64,000 nt of DNA from Octopus vulgaris (GCA_951406725.2 OX597822.1:90582001-90646000); one strand, 5' to 3'; shown: positions 1 to 13,580, counted from the stretch's first letter. Translations and numbers: made by a program. The notes: generated by a model not told the origin, from the letters alone.

Positions 1-495
1 TTCTGAAAGTTATGATGGGGGGAAAAATAACAAAAAAAAACGATCGTGTGAATTTTCAGAAATCCTCTCCCCATCCCTTCGGAAAACATCTTCCCCAGAA
101 ATTTCTTTATAATCATAATTTGTGCCATTTGAACGATATTTTAATAATTTTTCATCAATATATATCCATTTTCCTGAAAATTATGAGGAAAAAATCAGAT
201 CTTGTGAATTTTCCGAAAGTCCTTTCCGTTCGTTTGCTCAAATGTTTGCTTTCATATTCGTTATCTACACATTTTCTTTTTACATCTAGTAGGCTGGTTT
301 TCTTTTGTTTTCGTGACCGTTGCTTAAACTGTATATTGACCAGTGTTTTTCAAGAGATGATTGACTTAAATTTTTTCTTTCATTGTCTTACTTGGCTTAA
401 GAAATTGAATAAAAGTTGTTTTTTCTTTACATATGTGTTATACAATCGTATATAGTGTTCAAGTAATGCACTATCAGTTAATAACTTATTTAAAA

Positions 496-1133
496 CTAGC
501 AGGCCCCATGCCGTCAAAAATGATGGTTAATTGTAGTATTTTATATATAAATATTGATGGTAAATCGAATTAATACACTTGTCAATGTTAACTAGTGATT
601 GTCTTTTAGAGATATGACATCGATCGTCGTTTGCTACTGAAAGAACGCTGGTTCACATACAAACATTCACATACTTCCCTTGTGTGCACACACACACACA
701 CACACATGCATACATATACTCACACAGAGCTGAAACGTTGTTTGATTTTTCTTTTCAGCATTGAATGTTCACCATCCCACTTCCACTGCACACGCGCGCG
801 CGCGCACACACACACACACACATACATACATATACTCACACAGAGCTGAAACGCTGTTTGATTTTTCTTTTCAGCATTGAATGTTCACCATCCCACTTCC
901 ACTGCCCACACACACACACGCATGCACGCACGCGCACACACACACACACACACACATTCACACACATATACTCACAGAGTTGAAACGCTATTTGATTTTT
1001 TTTTCCACTGTAGAATTTCCATCATCCCATTACCAAGTTTACCATCATTCCTTCCTTCCTTATTCATCTATCACTCCTTCTTTTCTCATTCATATGTTGT
1101 GAGAGAGAAGAACACGAGTATTATTATAGTAGA
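496..1133 (-). mobile_element. Non-autonomous Helitron-like element with an internal minisatellite
   Basis: On the minus strand it starts TC(TACTATAAT) at 1133 and ends CTAG at 496, inserted between A and T. There is a subterminal hairpin CCGTCA-aaaa-TGATGG at 511-526. Confidence 0.65.
686..1010. repeat. About three tandem copies of a ~115-130 bp unit containing (CA)n
   Basis: The unit 'catatatactcacacagagctgaaacg..tgtttgatttttcttttcagcattgaatgttcaccatcccacttccactgc' recurs with (CA)n spacers. Confidence 0.85.
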
Positions 1134-2553
1134 TATTTTAATTTTATCAATTTATTTATCTTAAAGAAATGTAACTGCTTTTCCTTGTGACTTTTCTGTA
1201 TACTGTGTACAATACTAAAACTAATTATAATTCAATATATATTTTGTTACTTTATCGCAGTCTTAATCTCTCTTTCTTTCAAAGGCAACCCTGTGTAGTC
1301 ATTTAATATGCTAGAAATAGCAGGTGTCATGTAGGCACACCAACTGAAATTTTATTTTTTTTTTAGTAGTACAACCTACCTTGCCACGTGCAGCCCACTT
1401 TTTGAAAAAGATTGCTCCTACCTGTTCTACACAGTCCTTTAGTGTGCTAGAAAAGGCAGGGATTACATGGGTATATTCAAATGCCTATAATATACCAAAC
1501 AGCCATACAAACAAATTCACTTCTGATAACTTTTTTTCTCAAATTATGTCAGTGTCTCTGGAAAGTTCCATTTTATGAGAAAATATTCATTTAAAAAATT
1601 CCACAACATAATTTTTTTTTCATGATTGTAATGTACTACATCAAAACATAGGAAACAAAGTCAAGATGCCACTACTTTTTTTTCCCGCATTAAATTCTGA
1701 TATACTCATACTCTAGAAGAATATTTATAAAAGAGATTCATTAAAAACATTTTTTTTTCAGAAAGTTATTAAGAAACAAAGTCAAATCGTGTGAATTATT
1801 CAAAACTCCTCTTCCCCGACACCGAAAACTTTTCCATAATAAATTCCAGTATAATTGGAGTCTTCACTATCTGAAAGGTATTTGTGGAAAATTTCATAAA
1901 AAATATCTCTCTTTCTGAAAGTTAGGAAGAAACAAAATCGATGGAGGTGCACACTTGTGCAGGTTTGCCCATACTCTGGAAAAAGAGAAGGAAATCTGTA
2001 AGTAAATAGTCAAAATAGATGCATGCACACTCTATTTTATTACACATTGTGCCAAGGAGAACCTGTATTTTCCCTCTTAAAATATTTGAGACAATCCAGA
2101 TAGCATTACTATGGGTGGTGCTGGAATAGCCAGGCATTGTCCAGTGAAGTAAGATGCTAAATAAAATCAAAAACCTCTGTCGGGAGTCTAGCTCCTGCCA
2201 ACATTTTCAATTGTCACAAATTGCAAATTTCTGTTACCTACAGAATATGGTATTTCAGTGCTTTATTTCATTCAGCTACAGGTGCAGTAACCCTCACTTC
2301 CATGGACATATGATGGGATGAAGTTTTTGCTAACAGTGATGTCCAACACGTAACAATGTTGATCTAGTCTCAGGGCAAATAGTTAACCAGTCGGGTCTCG
2401 ATTTTTTATTTTTTCTCTCTGTTTTCTTTTCAGTTTAATTTTAGATGTCATGTAGGTATATATCTGTATATTTCAACTGAGAATTGCTTATACTGTGTAT
2501 ACTGTTGGTGATATCCTGTACCCATACATACATACATACATACATACATACAG

Positions 2554-2585
<32 letters not shown>

Positions 2586-3396
2586 CATCATCATCATCAT
2601 CATCGTCGTTTAGCGTCTGTTTTCCATGCTAGCATGGGTTGGACGGTTCTACTGGGGTCTGTGAAGCCAGAAGGCTTCATCAGTCCCAGTCAAATCTGGC
2701 AGTGTTTCTACGGCTGGATGCCCTTCCTAACGCCAACCACTCCGTGAGTGTAGTGGGTGCTTTTTACGTGCCACCCGCACAGGTGCCAGACGGAGCTGGC
2801 AAACGGCCACGAACGGATGGTGCTTTTTATGTGCCACCGGCACAAGGGCCAGGCGAGGCTGGCAACGGACACGAAATGGGGCGGTGCTGGCAACGGTCGC
2901 GAAACGGAAGGTTCTCTTACATTCCACCGGCACTGGTAACACACCTGCAATTTCCATTCTGATCCTCACTTGCCTCAACGGGTCTTCACAAGTAGAGTTT
3001 CGACATGCCACCGGCACTGGTAACACATCTGCAATTTCCATTGATCGATTTCCATTTCTGATCCTCACTTGCCTCAACAGGTCTTCACAAGTAGAGTATC
3101 GACATGCCACCGGCACTGGTAACACATCTGCAATTTCCATTGATCGATTTCGATTCTGATCCCCACTTGCCTCAACAGGTCTTCACAAGTAGAGTTTTGT
3201 GTCCCAAGAAGGGAAGGTATGCATACGTAGGCTGGCTCCATCCCAAGTAGAAGGCCACGGGTTATGGACTCACTTGTCCTGCCGGGTCTTCTCGCGCACA
3301 GCACACTTCCAGAGGACTCGGTCTCTAGTCATTTCCTCAGTGAGACCTAAAGTTCGAAGGTCGTGCTTCAGACCTAAAGTTCGTCCGAAGGTCGTG
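2586..3396 (-). mobile_element. 5'-truncated RTE-type LINE 3' end (ORF2 C-terminus, long 3' UTR, (GAT)n tail)
   Basis: The minus strand encodes '[29 protein letters not shown]', followed by a UTR shared with the copies at 5266, 19298, 30130, 40569 and 43404. The tail appears as (cat)n on the plus strand. Confidence 0.85.
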
Positions 3397-3422
3397 CCAG
3401 GGGCTCACTCCAGTCTGAATCT

Positions 3423-3425
<3 letters not shown>

Positions 3426-3465
<40 letters not shown>

Positions 3466-3622
3466 CACACATACAGAATGGGTAGGGGGTACTTAGAATG
3501 GGTAGGGGTATGTGGAATTGCTGCAGAAAGCAGCCCGGGTAGTCACAGCATAATACATATATACACATATATATACATGTATATATATATTACTGATATT
3601 ATATATATTATATATATATATC

Positions 3623-3657
<35 letters not shown>

Positions 3658-3735
3658 TATACACATATATATATATACACACACATATGTATACATATAT
3701 ATATATATATATACATGTATATATATATTATTAAT
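3426..3735. repeat. (TA)n / TA-rich compound microsatellite
   Basis: Directly visible; it generates spurious YI-repeat ORFs. Confidence 0.9.
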
Positions 3736-3751
3736 ATTGATATATTATTGA

Positions 3752-3900
3752 TATTGGTGACAAAGGGCCTCTCGCTCAGAGTAAAAGGTAGACTGTATGA
3801 CGCATGTGTACGAACAGCTATGCTACATGGCAGTGAAACATGGGCTATGACTGCTGAGGACATGTGTAAGCTTGCAAGGAATGAAGCCAGTATGATCTGT
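3752..3900 (+). mobile_element. RTE LINE ORF2 fragment
   Basis: Translates to '[47 protein letters not shown]', matching the RTE C-terminal RT-thumb motif Y...V...LYGSETW. Confidence 0.8.
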
Positions 3901-4236
3901 TTCATTCAAATTTTACACATGCCTTACTTAGGGTCCATGTAGTGTCATGAGCAAAAAAAATTTCAACTTCTTGCTTAGGGCGAGCCCACAGCAATATCAT
4001 ATCTTCTCCACTATTTCAGTATTACGTGTTAAAAGGGAAACAAAAACATCTCTCTATTGTAATGTCAGATACTTTCAGTTTAATACTGAAATTAATAAAG
4101 TGAAACTATTATATAACAGGGATGAACCATTAACAGTGGACATCCATTTTGCTAGAAGAAGATCCGCTATGGTCTTATATGCTACACCACTGGTTTTCAA
4201 TTTATATTGATCAAATTAATATTCAATTTCTCACCC

Positions 4237-4296
<60 letters not shown>

Positions 4297-4476
4297 CATG
4301 TATATATATATGTATATATACATGTATATATATAGATGTATATGTATAGCTGTATATGTATACATGTATATATATAGATATATACATGTATGTCTAGATG
4401 TACATGTAATATGTACACATATATATACACATATATACATGCATACATGTATACACCCAAACACACACACATACAC

Positions 4477-4790
4477 AGGTGCAAGTGTGGCTGTGTTGTA
4501 ACAAACTTGGTTCCAAAACACATGGTCCTCAGTTCAGTCCAACTGTGTGGTAACTTGGCATGTGTCTTCTGCTATAGCCTCAGACCAACCAAAGTTTGTC
4601 AGTGGATTTTGTAGACAGAAACTAAAAGAAATCAATTGTATATATATGTATGTATATATGTAAATCTCTGTGTGTCTCTGTGTATATCTCTCATCACTGC
4701 TTCACAACTGGTGTTCGTTTATTTACATCCCCATAACTTACTGGTTTCACAAGAAGAAACTGATAGAAAATACCAGGCTTATCAAAATAT
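4477..4790 (+). mobile_element. Degraded tRNA-derived SINE (family A, CORE-like 'ccttgggcaagt' head)
   Basis: Diverged match to the well-preserved copies at 24191 and 53936. Confidence 0.7.
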
Positions 4791-4854
4791 AAAAAAGCAC
4801 TATGCAGTGTCTCATATTTTTGTTTGCCCACTCAGTTGTATCTATCAATTTATC

Positions 4855-4973
<119 letters not shown>

Positions 4974-5265
4974 GGATTTCGTAGACAGGAACTGAAACAA
5001 ATCAATCGTATATATATATATATATATATGTATGTATATATGTAAGTGTATGTGTTTTGGTATTGGCAACATGAATGACAATGGTCAGAGACTACTTGAA
5101 TTTTGCACATACCATAACCTTTGCATCACTAACACATTCTTTGCCAATTCGAAATATAGACATTCCAGTTCATTACAGAAAATATAACAGAAAAGTCTAA
5201 TTTTTCAATTGCATGCAACACGGGCAATGCCAGGTATCTCTGCTAGTATATATATATATATATAT

Positions 5266-5963
5266 CATCATCATCATCATCATCATTTAACGTCCGTTCT
5301 CCATGCTAGCATGGGTTGGACAGTTCGACCGGGGATCTGGGAAGCCAGAAGGCTGCACCAGGCTCCGGTCTTATCTGGCAATGTTTCTACAGTTGGATGC
5401 CCTTCCTAATGCCAACCACTCCGTGAGTGTAGTGGGTGCTTTTTACGTGCCACCTGCACTTGTGCCAGGCAAGGCTGGCATCGGCCATGGTCGGATTGGT
5501 GCATTTTGCGTGCCACCTGCATGGAAGCCAGTCGAGGCAGCACTGGCTTCAGCCACGATTCGGATGGTGCTTTTTACGTGCCACCGACACGGAAGCCAGT
5601 CGAGGCGGCGCTGGCATCGGCCACGATTCGGATAGTGCTTTTTACGTATCTCCAGTCCAGTGGTCCTGGCATCTGCCGGGTGCCAGTCATAGGATTGGTT
5701 CAATTTCGATTCCGATTTCACTTGCCCCAACAGGTCTTCGCAAGCAAAGTGGGGTTGGCATAGGTGCCTGTCGTCGGATGAGGTTCGATATCGACTTCGC
5801 TTGCCTCAACAGGTCTTTGTGTGTCCAAGGGAGGAAAGGCATGCATAAGTGGGCTGGACTCACTTGTCCTGCCTGGTCTTTTCACGCACAGCATATTTCC
5901 AAAGGTCTCAGTTGCTGGTCATTTCCTCAGTGAGACCTAAAGTTCGAAGGTCGTGCTTCACCA
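5266..5963 (-). mobile_element. RTE-type LINE 3' end (same family as 2586)
   Basis: (cat)n tail, shared UTR ('ccatgctagcatgggttggac', 'gatgcccttcctaa') and the ORF2 end '[14 protein letters not shown]'. Confidence 0.85.
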
Positions 5964-5989
5964 TTATACATATATATTTATCATCATCC

Positions 5990-6950
5990 ATCATTTTAAA
6001 TCTGGGTTTTGTCGCCATTAACAGGGGTGGTCAGATCTACCTCAATGCCAAAGCCCTCACACCATCTTGCCATCTTGCCCGGTTTTGGGCATCCTCTCTT
6101 CTCAAACCTACCCTCCCAATCTCCTCCTTCACCTGTCCCCTCCACATTTTCCTTGGTCTACCTTCCTTTTTGCTGTCCATTTTCCTCAAACTCTAGCACC
6201 CACTTCAGAACATGCTCCTCATCCCTCCTCAACACATACCCATACCACTGCACTCCATTTGCCCTTGCCAGCCATTCCACTGATTCTTCCAATCCCAGTA
6301 TCCCCATCAAACCCTCAATCCTCCTCTTATGAAACAGCCTCATGCCACACATTTCTCTCGCCATTGCTCTCTCAGTCCTTCTCAAAATTGCCATTTCTCT
6401 CTTCCTCAAACACCATGTCTCACTCCTGTACAGCATTGCAACTCTCACACAACTCCTATAGACCTTTCCTTTCGTCTTCAATGAGAACCTTCTCCATCCA
6501 TCCCACTCACCATCACCTTTGTCTTCCTGAGGTTTACCTTCAAACCCTTGCTTTCAAACACCTCCTTCCATTTCCAAAACTTCTCCATCATCTCACTCAT
6601 CAAAGCAAGGTCATCTGCATACAGTATCTCCATTAGCAGTCCCTCTCTTGCACTCTCCATCACCACATCAACCACTATTGCAAACAACAACAGTGACAAC
6701 ACAGATCCCTAATGCACATCGACTTTCACCACAAACTCCTCTGACAGCTCTGATCCAATTCTCACTCTTGTCTTTACCCCCTCATACAAATTCATCATTG
6801 CTCTCACTATTACCTTTAGTACACATCTCTTCCTCAATGCCCATTCAATCCCCTTCCTTGGAACCCTATCAAATGGCTTCTCTAGATCAACGAAGCAAGC
6901 ACATGTACAACTCTTTCCCCTTATCTCAGTATTTCTCCTGCAATCTCCTT
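5990..6950 (-). mobile_element. Decayed RTE LINE reverse transcriptase fragment (second family)
   Basis: Minus-strand ORFs: 'LSLLLFAIVVDVV...LYADDLALMSE...GLKVNLRKTKVM' (YADD motif) and 'KTKGKVYRSCVRVAMLYRSETW...WYGYVLRR'. Confidence 0.85.
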
Positions 6951-7641
6951 ACAATGAACACACACTCGCACACATCTATATACATACATACCCGCACACT
7001 CATACACATCCACACATGCGTACAAATGAATCCATATACACGTCTATATAGGTACAAGGAAAAATGCAGGATGGTGTGTGGGCATAAGAGTACATATATA
7101 TATAGACGTTTTTACTCAGTATTTTTACAATTTTCCCTGTTTTTTTTCCTTTTTTGGGGGCGTATGTATAATCCTTTTTGTGCATGCGTATGTAAACGTA
7201 TGTATGAACTTTTATGGTGTGCGTGTGTGTGTATAAGTTTGTATATATATGCATATACATTTGGCGAAAAATGCGAGTGAAGATGTGTACATTTTCATAG
7301 TGATGTATATGTATGCACGTGGGTGCACGAGCACACATGTGTACGTATGAACAGGCACGCTTACATGTTTACTATGAACTTTTAACCTTATCTTACTTAG
7401 TGCTTTTGTAAAAGTAGCGATTACAGTAATTTCCCTTTGTATAACGGTCTTTTTTCATAGCGTTTTTCAGATGGCTAGATAACCGAAGAGATGGTGGTGT
7501 GGATTTCCACCTCAGCATCCGAAACTCAGAGTTTTATCTTGGCTACTGAATAACTGTCACATATTATTTTACAGATAAATTCCTCTATTTACATAAAATT
7601 GAGGTCTCTTTCTTTCTTTTGTTATCTTACCGTTTTTACCA

Positions 7642-7687
<46 letters not shown>

Positions 7688-7883
7688 GTGTGTGTGTGTG
7701 TGTATGTATATATATATAGAAAATAGTAAAAAGTGAAAAAACTACAGAAGGCTTGTTTTAAAAGGTTAAAAAAAATATATTTGAGTCAATATGTCTTAAG
7801 AATATTATAAATTTTTTTCTTACAATGACATAGTTTAGAAGAAATGACCAGTTTTACGTTCAGCTTTTCAAATTTCTTACATC

Positions 7884-7914
<31 letters not shown>

Positions 7915-7939
7915 GTGTGTGTGTGTATGTATATATATA

Positions 7940-8544
7940 TGTAGTGAATCTTGCATGCATGAGGTGGATTTGATCCACCATAGCCAAATTTAAATTAACA
8001 CTGCTACACAACTTTTCCCACAATGGAACAATGGTTTTTTTCTGACAGCAGGTTTACATTTTCCAGATGCCTTTAGCTGGGCCGAAATAATGTTTTCGCT
8101 ACTTGACCCTTTCTAACCTCTTCTACTTCACCAAAAGCTAGAATAGAGATAACAAGACCACCAACTAAATCTATTGTTTTCAATGATATATCTATCCTTC
8201 TGGATCTTTATATAAGCAAGCACATCCCAAGCAAAAATCAGTTTGTCACAGTCGTGACGACTCAACGAAGTCTGGCTGACCAGCTAGAACCTTGGTCAGA
8301 GGGAGAAAGCAACTGTCAGACAACACCCTACAATTCTCTCTAGCTCTAATTCTTTCTCTTACAACATCATTCTATCTCTCTCTGTAATTACTACTAAGCA
8401 ATGAATAGGACACAAGCACAAACTTTACTTCACACGCTTTGGGATTTATCACAACCTGCCCGTCGAGGCTAGGTATTGTAACGTAACGGTAAATAAATAC
8501 TTTCCTTAAAACTTTATGCATTGTTCCATCTTTCACATCCTACA
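7940..8544 (+). mobile_element. Possible solo LTR
   Basis: Bounded by TGTAG...CTACA, with a TATA-like 'tttatataag' near 8207 and AATAAA near 8492. No TSD found. Confidence 0.3.
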
Positions 8545-8677
8545 GTAAACAATTATAACAACAAATTTTGGTTGTCAAACCAGCTGACTCCAGACATACA
8601 TTATTATTTACCAATCCAATTTCTCCCGTTGCAACTAAAATTAAATCCGTTACATATTTATGTGGATATATATATTT

Positions 8678-8962
8678 TATAGCCTCAGGCCAACCAAAGC
8701 CTTGTTTATGGATTTTGTACATGGATACTGAAAGAAGACTGTTGTATATATGTGTGTCTGTGTCTGTGTTTGTACCCCCACCATTGCTTGACAACTGATG
8801 TTGCTGTTTTTACATTCCCATAACCTAGCAGTTTTGTTAAAGACACTGATAGAATAAGTACTAGGCTTACAAAGAATAAATCCTGTGGCCAATTTCTTCG
8901 TCCAACTGTAGTGCTCCAGCATAGCTGCAGTCACATGACTGAAACAAGTAAAACAATAAAAA
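8678..8962 (+). mobile_element. Headless, degraded SINE family A copy
   Basis: Contains 'gatagaataagtactaggcttacaaagaataa...gctccagcat...tgactgaaacaagtaaaa'. Confidence 0.75.
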
Positions 8963-9307
8963 AACTATGCCATTTTAATCCTGAGCAAGGCCGGGTATCT
9001 CTGCTGGCTGTGTATATATGCACAAAGTAGGTGTAGGTGTTTTTAAATCAAGGCTGAACCTCTTCCTGTCAAGAGTCCCAAACAAACCTACCTCACGGCA
9101 AGAGGTGCAAATGAGGGTAGCTACATCACACTCCATTCTTCACCAAGTGCCACATATTAGAGGAGGATCTCAGTAATAATAGTGTAACAAAACTACGGTG
9201 CTCCAGCATGGCCACAGCTCTGAGCTGAAACTACAAAAAAAAATGTTATATATGTATTATATATATTATATATATATATTATCTATGTATTACACATATA
9301 TATTAAT

Positions 9308-9641
9308 TTTACGTGCTACCTGCATGGGAGCCAGTCCGACAGCACTGACAACGGCCATGCTGAAATGTTTTTCACATGCAACCAGCACATGTGCCAGTAA
9401 AGCAACGCTAGGAATGATCATGCTCAAATGGTACTTTTTACGTGTCACTTTTGAGCATGATCGTTGCCAGTATCGCCTGATTGGCCCTTGTGTCAGTGGA
9501 GTGGTTGGTATTAGGAAGGGCATCCAGCTGTAGAAACTTTGCCAGATCAGCTTGAGCCTGGTGCAGCCTGTGGCTCACCAGTCCTCAGTCAAACTGCCCA
9601 ACTCATGACAGCATGGAAAGTGAACATAAAACGATGATGAT
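9308..9641 (+). mobile_element. Degraded RTE-family 3' UTR
   Basis: Contains 'gagtggttggtattaggaagggcatccagctgtagaaac...gcatggaaag...gatgatgat'. Confidence 0.7.
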
Positions 9642-10349
9642 TATATTAGATTATAATGTTAATTTTTGTAATGCAAATATGTAAATAAATGAAAATAAAG
9701 TATATTTGGTAGCCAACAGATTACTGAATCTTTTGATACTCCACACATAAAAATTGGCAACTAAGCTTTTGAATGCATAAGGAACATATACACACACACA
9801 ATCCGTGGCCCTCGCAAAGATCATGCTCAGATGTGCTTTTAACATTCCTCTAGCATGAGTGCCAATTAGGCGGCACTGTTATCAGCCATGTCAGTGATTT
9901 TGATTTGTTTACACTTGCCTCAATAGGTCTTCTCAAGCAAGCAAAGTTCATTGTCAAATAAATGCGAAAACTAATTTCTGTGTGTCAGTGTGTCACACTT
10001 TGACCCCCATCTCTCACTATTCAATGACACTTCCTCGTGCTGGTATGAGAGTAATGGTAGACATAGAGATGGTGAGGGTGGTGGTGAAGACAGATAGAGA
10101 GAGAGAGAAAGAAAAAAGAGAGAAAGAGGAAGAGAGACAAAGAAATATAGGGAGAGTTGATGATGTTTGATTAAAAGTAATTGTGTTGATGGTGGCAATG
10201 GGAGTAATAATAAGAAAGAGAGAGTGGTACGTCCACAGGTACTTTGAAGGCATTGCTTTTGGGAAACATATCAAGGAGCATGAACTTCTTAAAAAACATT
10301 AGGAATTATAATTCTGCTTCCCAAATTACCTCCTTTGGTTGCAATATTA

Positions 10350-12292
10350 TGAGAGAATGACATAAGAGGCAACAATAAATCTATGGGAGGAGTTACATTA
10401 GTTTTATCAGGAGACTTCAGAGGAACAAGATCTGATGAAATAAAATCATGCTTTAAGTCTTCATGGAATAAAGTACAGAAATTCTCCTTCAACAATACTG
10501 ACATGCGAGTCTTATTAGATGGGGACCAATGTGCAGAACAGTTTTCAACCTGGATCCTCCAATTAGGAGATGGGAAAGTTCCATTTGATGGGAATGGTGG
10601 TATCAGTTTGGCTCATATTGCTATCATGGTGAATTCCCCAGCTGAACTGAAGAATAGGGTATTTCCAAGTTTAAGCAATAATTATAAGGTCCTTCCATAA
10701 GTTCTGTCTGATTTTACCTTTTCTAAAATTGAATGAAATTTAATAGCATTTTTATGCATTTGTGCACATTTAAACTAATTAAATATTATTTTTATGCATT
10801 TGTGCACATTTAAACTAATTAAATATTATTTTACAGAATAATAGAATTAAAATTTCTTTGATTAAAACCCTTTCTAACATGGAAGTATCCAAAGAGCATT
10901 TGAGACACATAATGCTTTATGAGTACAAAAAAGGAAACTCTGCAGCTGAAGCGACTCAAAACATACACTCAGTTTATGGGAAAGAATGCTTGATTGAAAG
11001 AACTCGCAGAAGATGGTTTGCAAAATTCAGAAGTGGAGATTTCAGCCTTGAAGATGAAGATCGAACAGGACGTTCAGTTGAGTTTGATGATAAGCTTCTT
11101 GAGGCATTACTTGAAGAAAATCCTGCATTATCAATTGAAGAATTAGCAATAAAGCTTATTTCAAACCATACAACTGTTCATCATCATCTTCAACAACTTG
11201 GAAAGGTTCCTAAACTTGGAAAATGGGTGCGTCATGAATTGTCTGAAAGCATCCGTAAATCCCGAGTTGACATCTGCTCTTCTTTCCATTCTTGCGAACT
11301 CATTTCACCCTTTTTGGATAGACTTGTGACTGGTGACGGAAAATGAATCTTCTATCGAAATGTTAAATGTCGTAAACAGTGGCTTGGTAAAAGGAAAAAG
11401 GCTCAACCACAACTGAGAAGGGAACAAATCAGGAAAAGGTTCTCTTTATCTGGTGGTAATGCAAAGGAGTAATTCACTTTGAATTATTACCACCTAATTC
11501 AACAATCAATGCTCAAGTTTAATGTCAGCAATTAGAGCATTTGAACCAAGCTTTGAAAAAGAAAAGACCCGCTTTAGTGAATCGATGAAAATCAAGCTGT
11601 CCATTGTTCCTTTATTTCTCTTGAGCCACCTGGAATCTTCCACATAAAACTTTTCTGAAAGTAGGAGTCCTACTAATGCTTCTAAGAAATTTAGATCCTC
11701 TTTAATTATGCAATGGGACAAGGTTGATTGTGAAGACATTGTCACCTAATGTGATAGAAGCTACCATCATCACTGGATGTGCCTGAGGGGAAGAGATTTT
11801 CATACCAAGAATTCCAGTCAAACTAATAGACATGGTATTTGAGGTCAAACAAACACAATTCCCAACTTTGCTTTGCAATATCTATTAATAAAGCTCAAGG
11901 TCAGACTTTGGAATCTACTGGCTTGCACTTAATTGAGCCTTGCTTTTCTCATGGTCAACTTTATGTTGGTTGCTCCAGGGATGATAGTTTGCAAGACTTA
12001 TTTCTTTATGCTCCAAACCAGAAAACAAAAAATTTTGTTTACCCAGAAGTTCTTACGTAATTTCCTTCAACATATGTGATAGAATTTATTTCCCTTCATA
12101 AAAGTGGTAAATTTTATATTTTCATTTGTTATTATTATTATTATTATTATTGTATTATGAATTCAGAATTGATTTCCCTATTGAAGAATAAATTGAATTT
12201 AGAATAGCAAATTTCATACAACATATTTTGCTTTTTCTTCCAATATATAAGGAACAATTTCCTTCCTGGGCAACACCAGGTGCTTCTGCTAG
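10350..12292 (+). mobile_element. Helitron remnant: PIF1-helicase pseudogene plus 3' terminus, interrupted by a mariner
   Basis: 10383-10684 reads 'MGGVTLVLSGDFR...FSTWILQLGDGK'. 11584-12060 reads 'LKVG..LMLLRNLDP..CNGTRLIVK..NVIEATIITG..IPRIP' and 'LCFAISINKAQGQTL...CFSHGQLYVGCSR...TKNFVYPEVL'. The 3' end has a hairpin CCTGG-gcaaca-CCAGG (12265-12280) and CTAG|T at 12289-12292. Confidence 0.9.
10685..11586 (+). mobile_element. 3'-truncated mariner transposon (transposase pseudogene)
   Basis: TA-flanked left end 'taaggtccttccataagttctgtc'. ORF from ATG 10879: 'MEVSKEHLRHIMLYEYKKG..RRWFAKFRSGDFSLEDEDRTGR..WVRHEL..LVTGDGK*', giving the HTH, WVPHEL and first catalytic D motifs. Confidence 0.9.
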
Positions 12293-12328
12293 TATGTTAT
12301 ATATACAAACACACACACACATATAATT

Positions 12329-12505
12329 ACATAGAAAAATGCAAGCAAGAGAAATAATATTCTTGAGATTATACACCTGGAAAAGTACAGGACTAGTTAT
12401 TACACTTGGAAAAGTTCAGGACAAGTTATTACATCTGATAATCTGTACTTTTTCAGATTTATAATCTTAAGAATATTATTTCCCTTGCTCCTATTTTTCC
12501 ATATA
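12329..12505. mobile_element. Short fold-back MITE-like inverted repeat
   Basis: The left arm 'gaaataatattcttgagattatacacctggaaaagtacag' mirrors the right arm 'ctgtactttttcagatttataatcttaagaatattatttc'. Confidence 0.6.
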
Positions 12506-12866
12506 ATCCATGTTTTTTCCAGGCTATGCTATTATGCTAATTAATTAATTTTACCTTATTGAAAATTGAATAATAAATTTAAAGTGTATGTTGTGTGAAT
12601 GTGTGTGTGTGTGAGAGAGAGAGGAGAGAGTGTGACAGCATACATTTTTTTTTATTTTTCCTCTTTTGAGTGAGTGTATGAGCAATTGAGTGAGAGAGAA
12701 AGGGGTGTGTTGTCAGAGAGATAGAGAGAGAGAGAGAGAGAGAGTGATAGCATAAATTTTATTTATTTTCTTTTTCTTGCATCTTTTTTTAGTGTGTTTC
12801 ACTGAGACAGAGAGAGAGAGTGATGTGTTGTCAGAGAGAGAGGTGTGTCTTGCTCTGTGTGTGTGA

Positions 12867-12902
<36 letters not shown>

Positions 12903-12953
12903 GGGGGGGGAGAGAAAATGATATCATAAATTTTTTTTATTTATTTAGTTTTG

Positions 12954-13379
12954 GGATCTTTTCGGTTTGAACGGCAGTTTTTCCTAGCGGTGTCATATGA
13001 AATTGTCACCCATAATTATGACCCTAGTATCGATCTATTGCATTTCAATCTGTTTTAGGGTTAGGGTTAGGTTAGGGGTGGGGGAAGGGTATCTTTTTTT
13101 TCTTCGCAAATGTAAATAAACCCAATCTGTTTCTTAAACGAGGGACACATTCATATGGCACAGAATGTTTTTTACCTCAATAGATGTCAGTGATTGGTTG
13201 AAATTGCAGAAATTGAAGAAAAAAAACAACAAATGTCTTACAAACTATAGAATTTTCTCAATAAAGCCAAGAGAAAAAGATGTTTTATAAACACATTCTA
13301 CCAGAATGTATACGAAGTTTAAAATTTTTTAGTTACCTAGAAATTATGTTAAAAACTGCCGTTCAAACCGAAAAGATCC
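12954..13379. mobile_element. MITE with GG-terminal TIRs and 8-bp TSD (Merlin-like), containing TTAGGG repeats
   Basis: TIRs GGATCTTTTCGGTTTGAACGGCAGTTTT / AAAACTGCCGTTCAAACCGAAAAGATCC; flanks tagttttg / tagttttt. Confidence 0.85.
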
Positions 13380-13580
13380 TAGTTTTTCTCACATCTTTTT
13401 TTAGTCAGTGAGTGTGTGAGTGATTGACTGAGATATTGACTATGTAAAATGGCCAGGGTCAGTCGCACACACACACAAACACATATGTACACCCATTATT
13501 TGTCATATACATGTACATGCATAAATACATATGCATACATCTTTTATATGTGTGCATGTGAGGGAGAGAGAAAAAGTCAG

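Noticed and set aside
10858-11346. Host SETMAR-like gene
   Set aside because: There is no SET domain. A TIR, premature stops and truncation show it is a dead mariner copy, and the same applies to 57988-59004.
13055-13085. TTAGGG repeats as a sign of a telomere or chromosome fusion
   Set aside because: There are only a few units, and they are an internal part of a dispersed MITE present in several copies.
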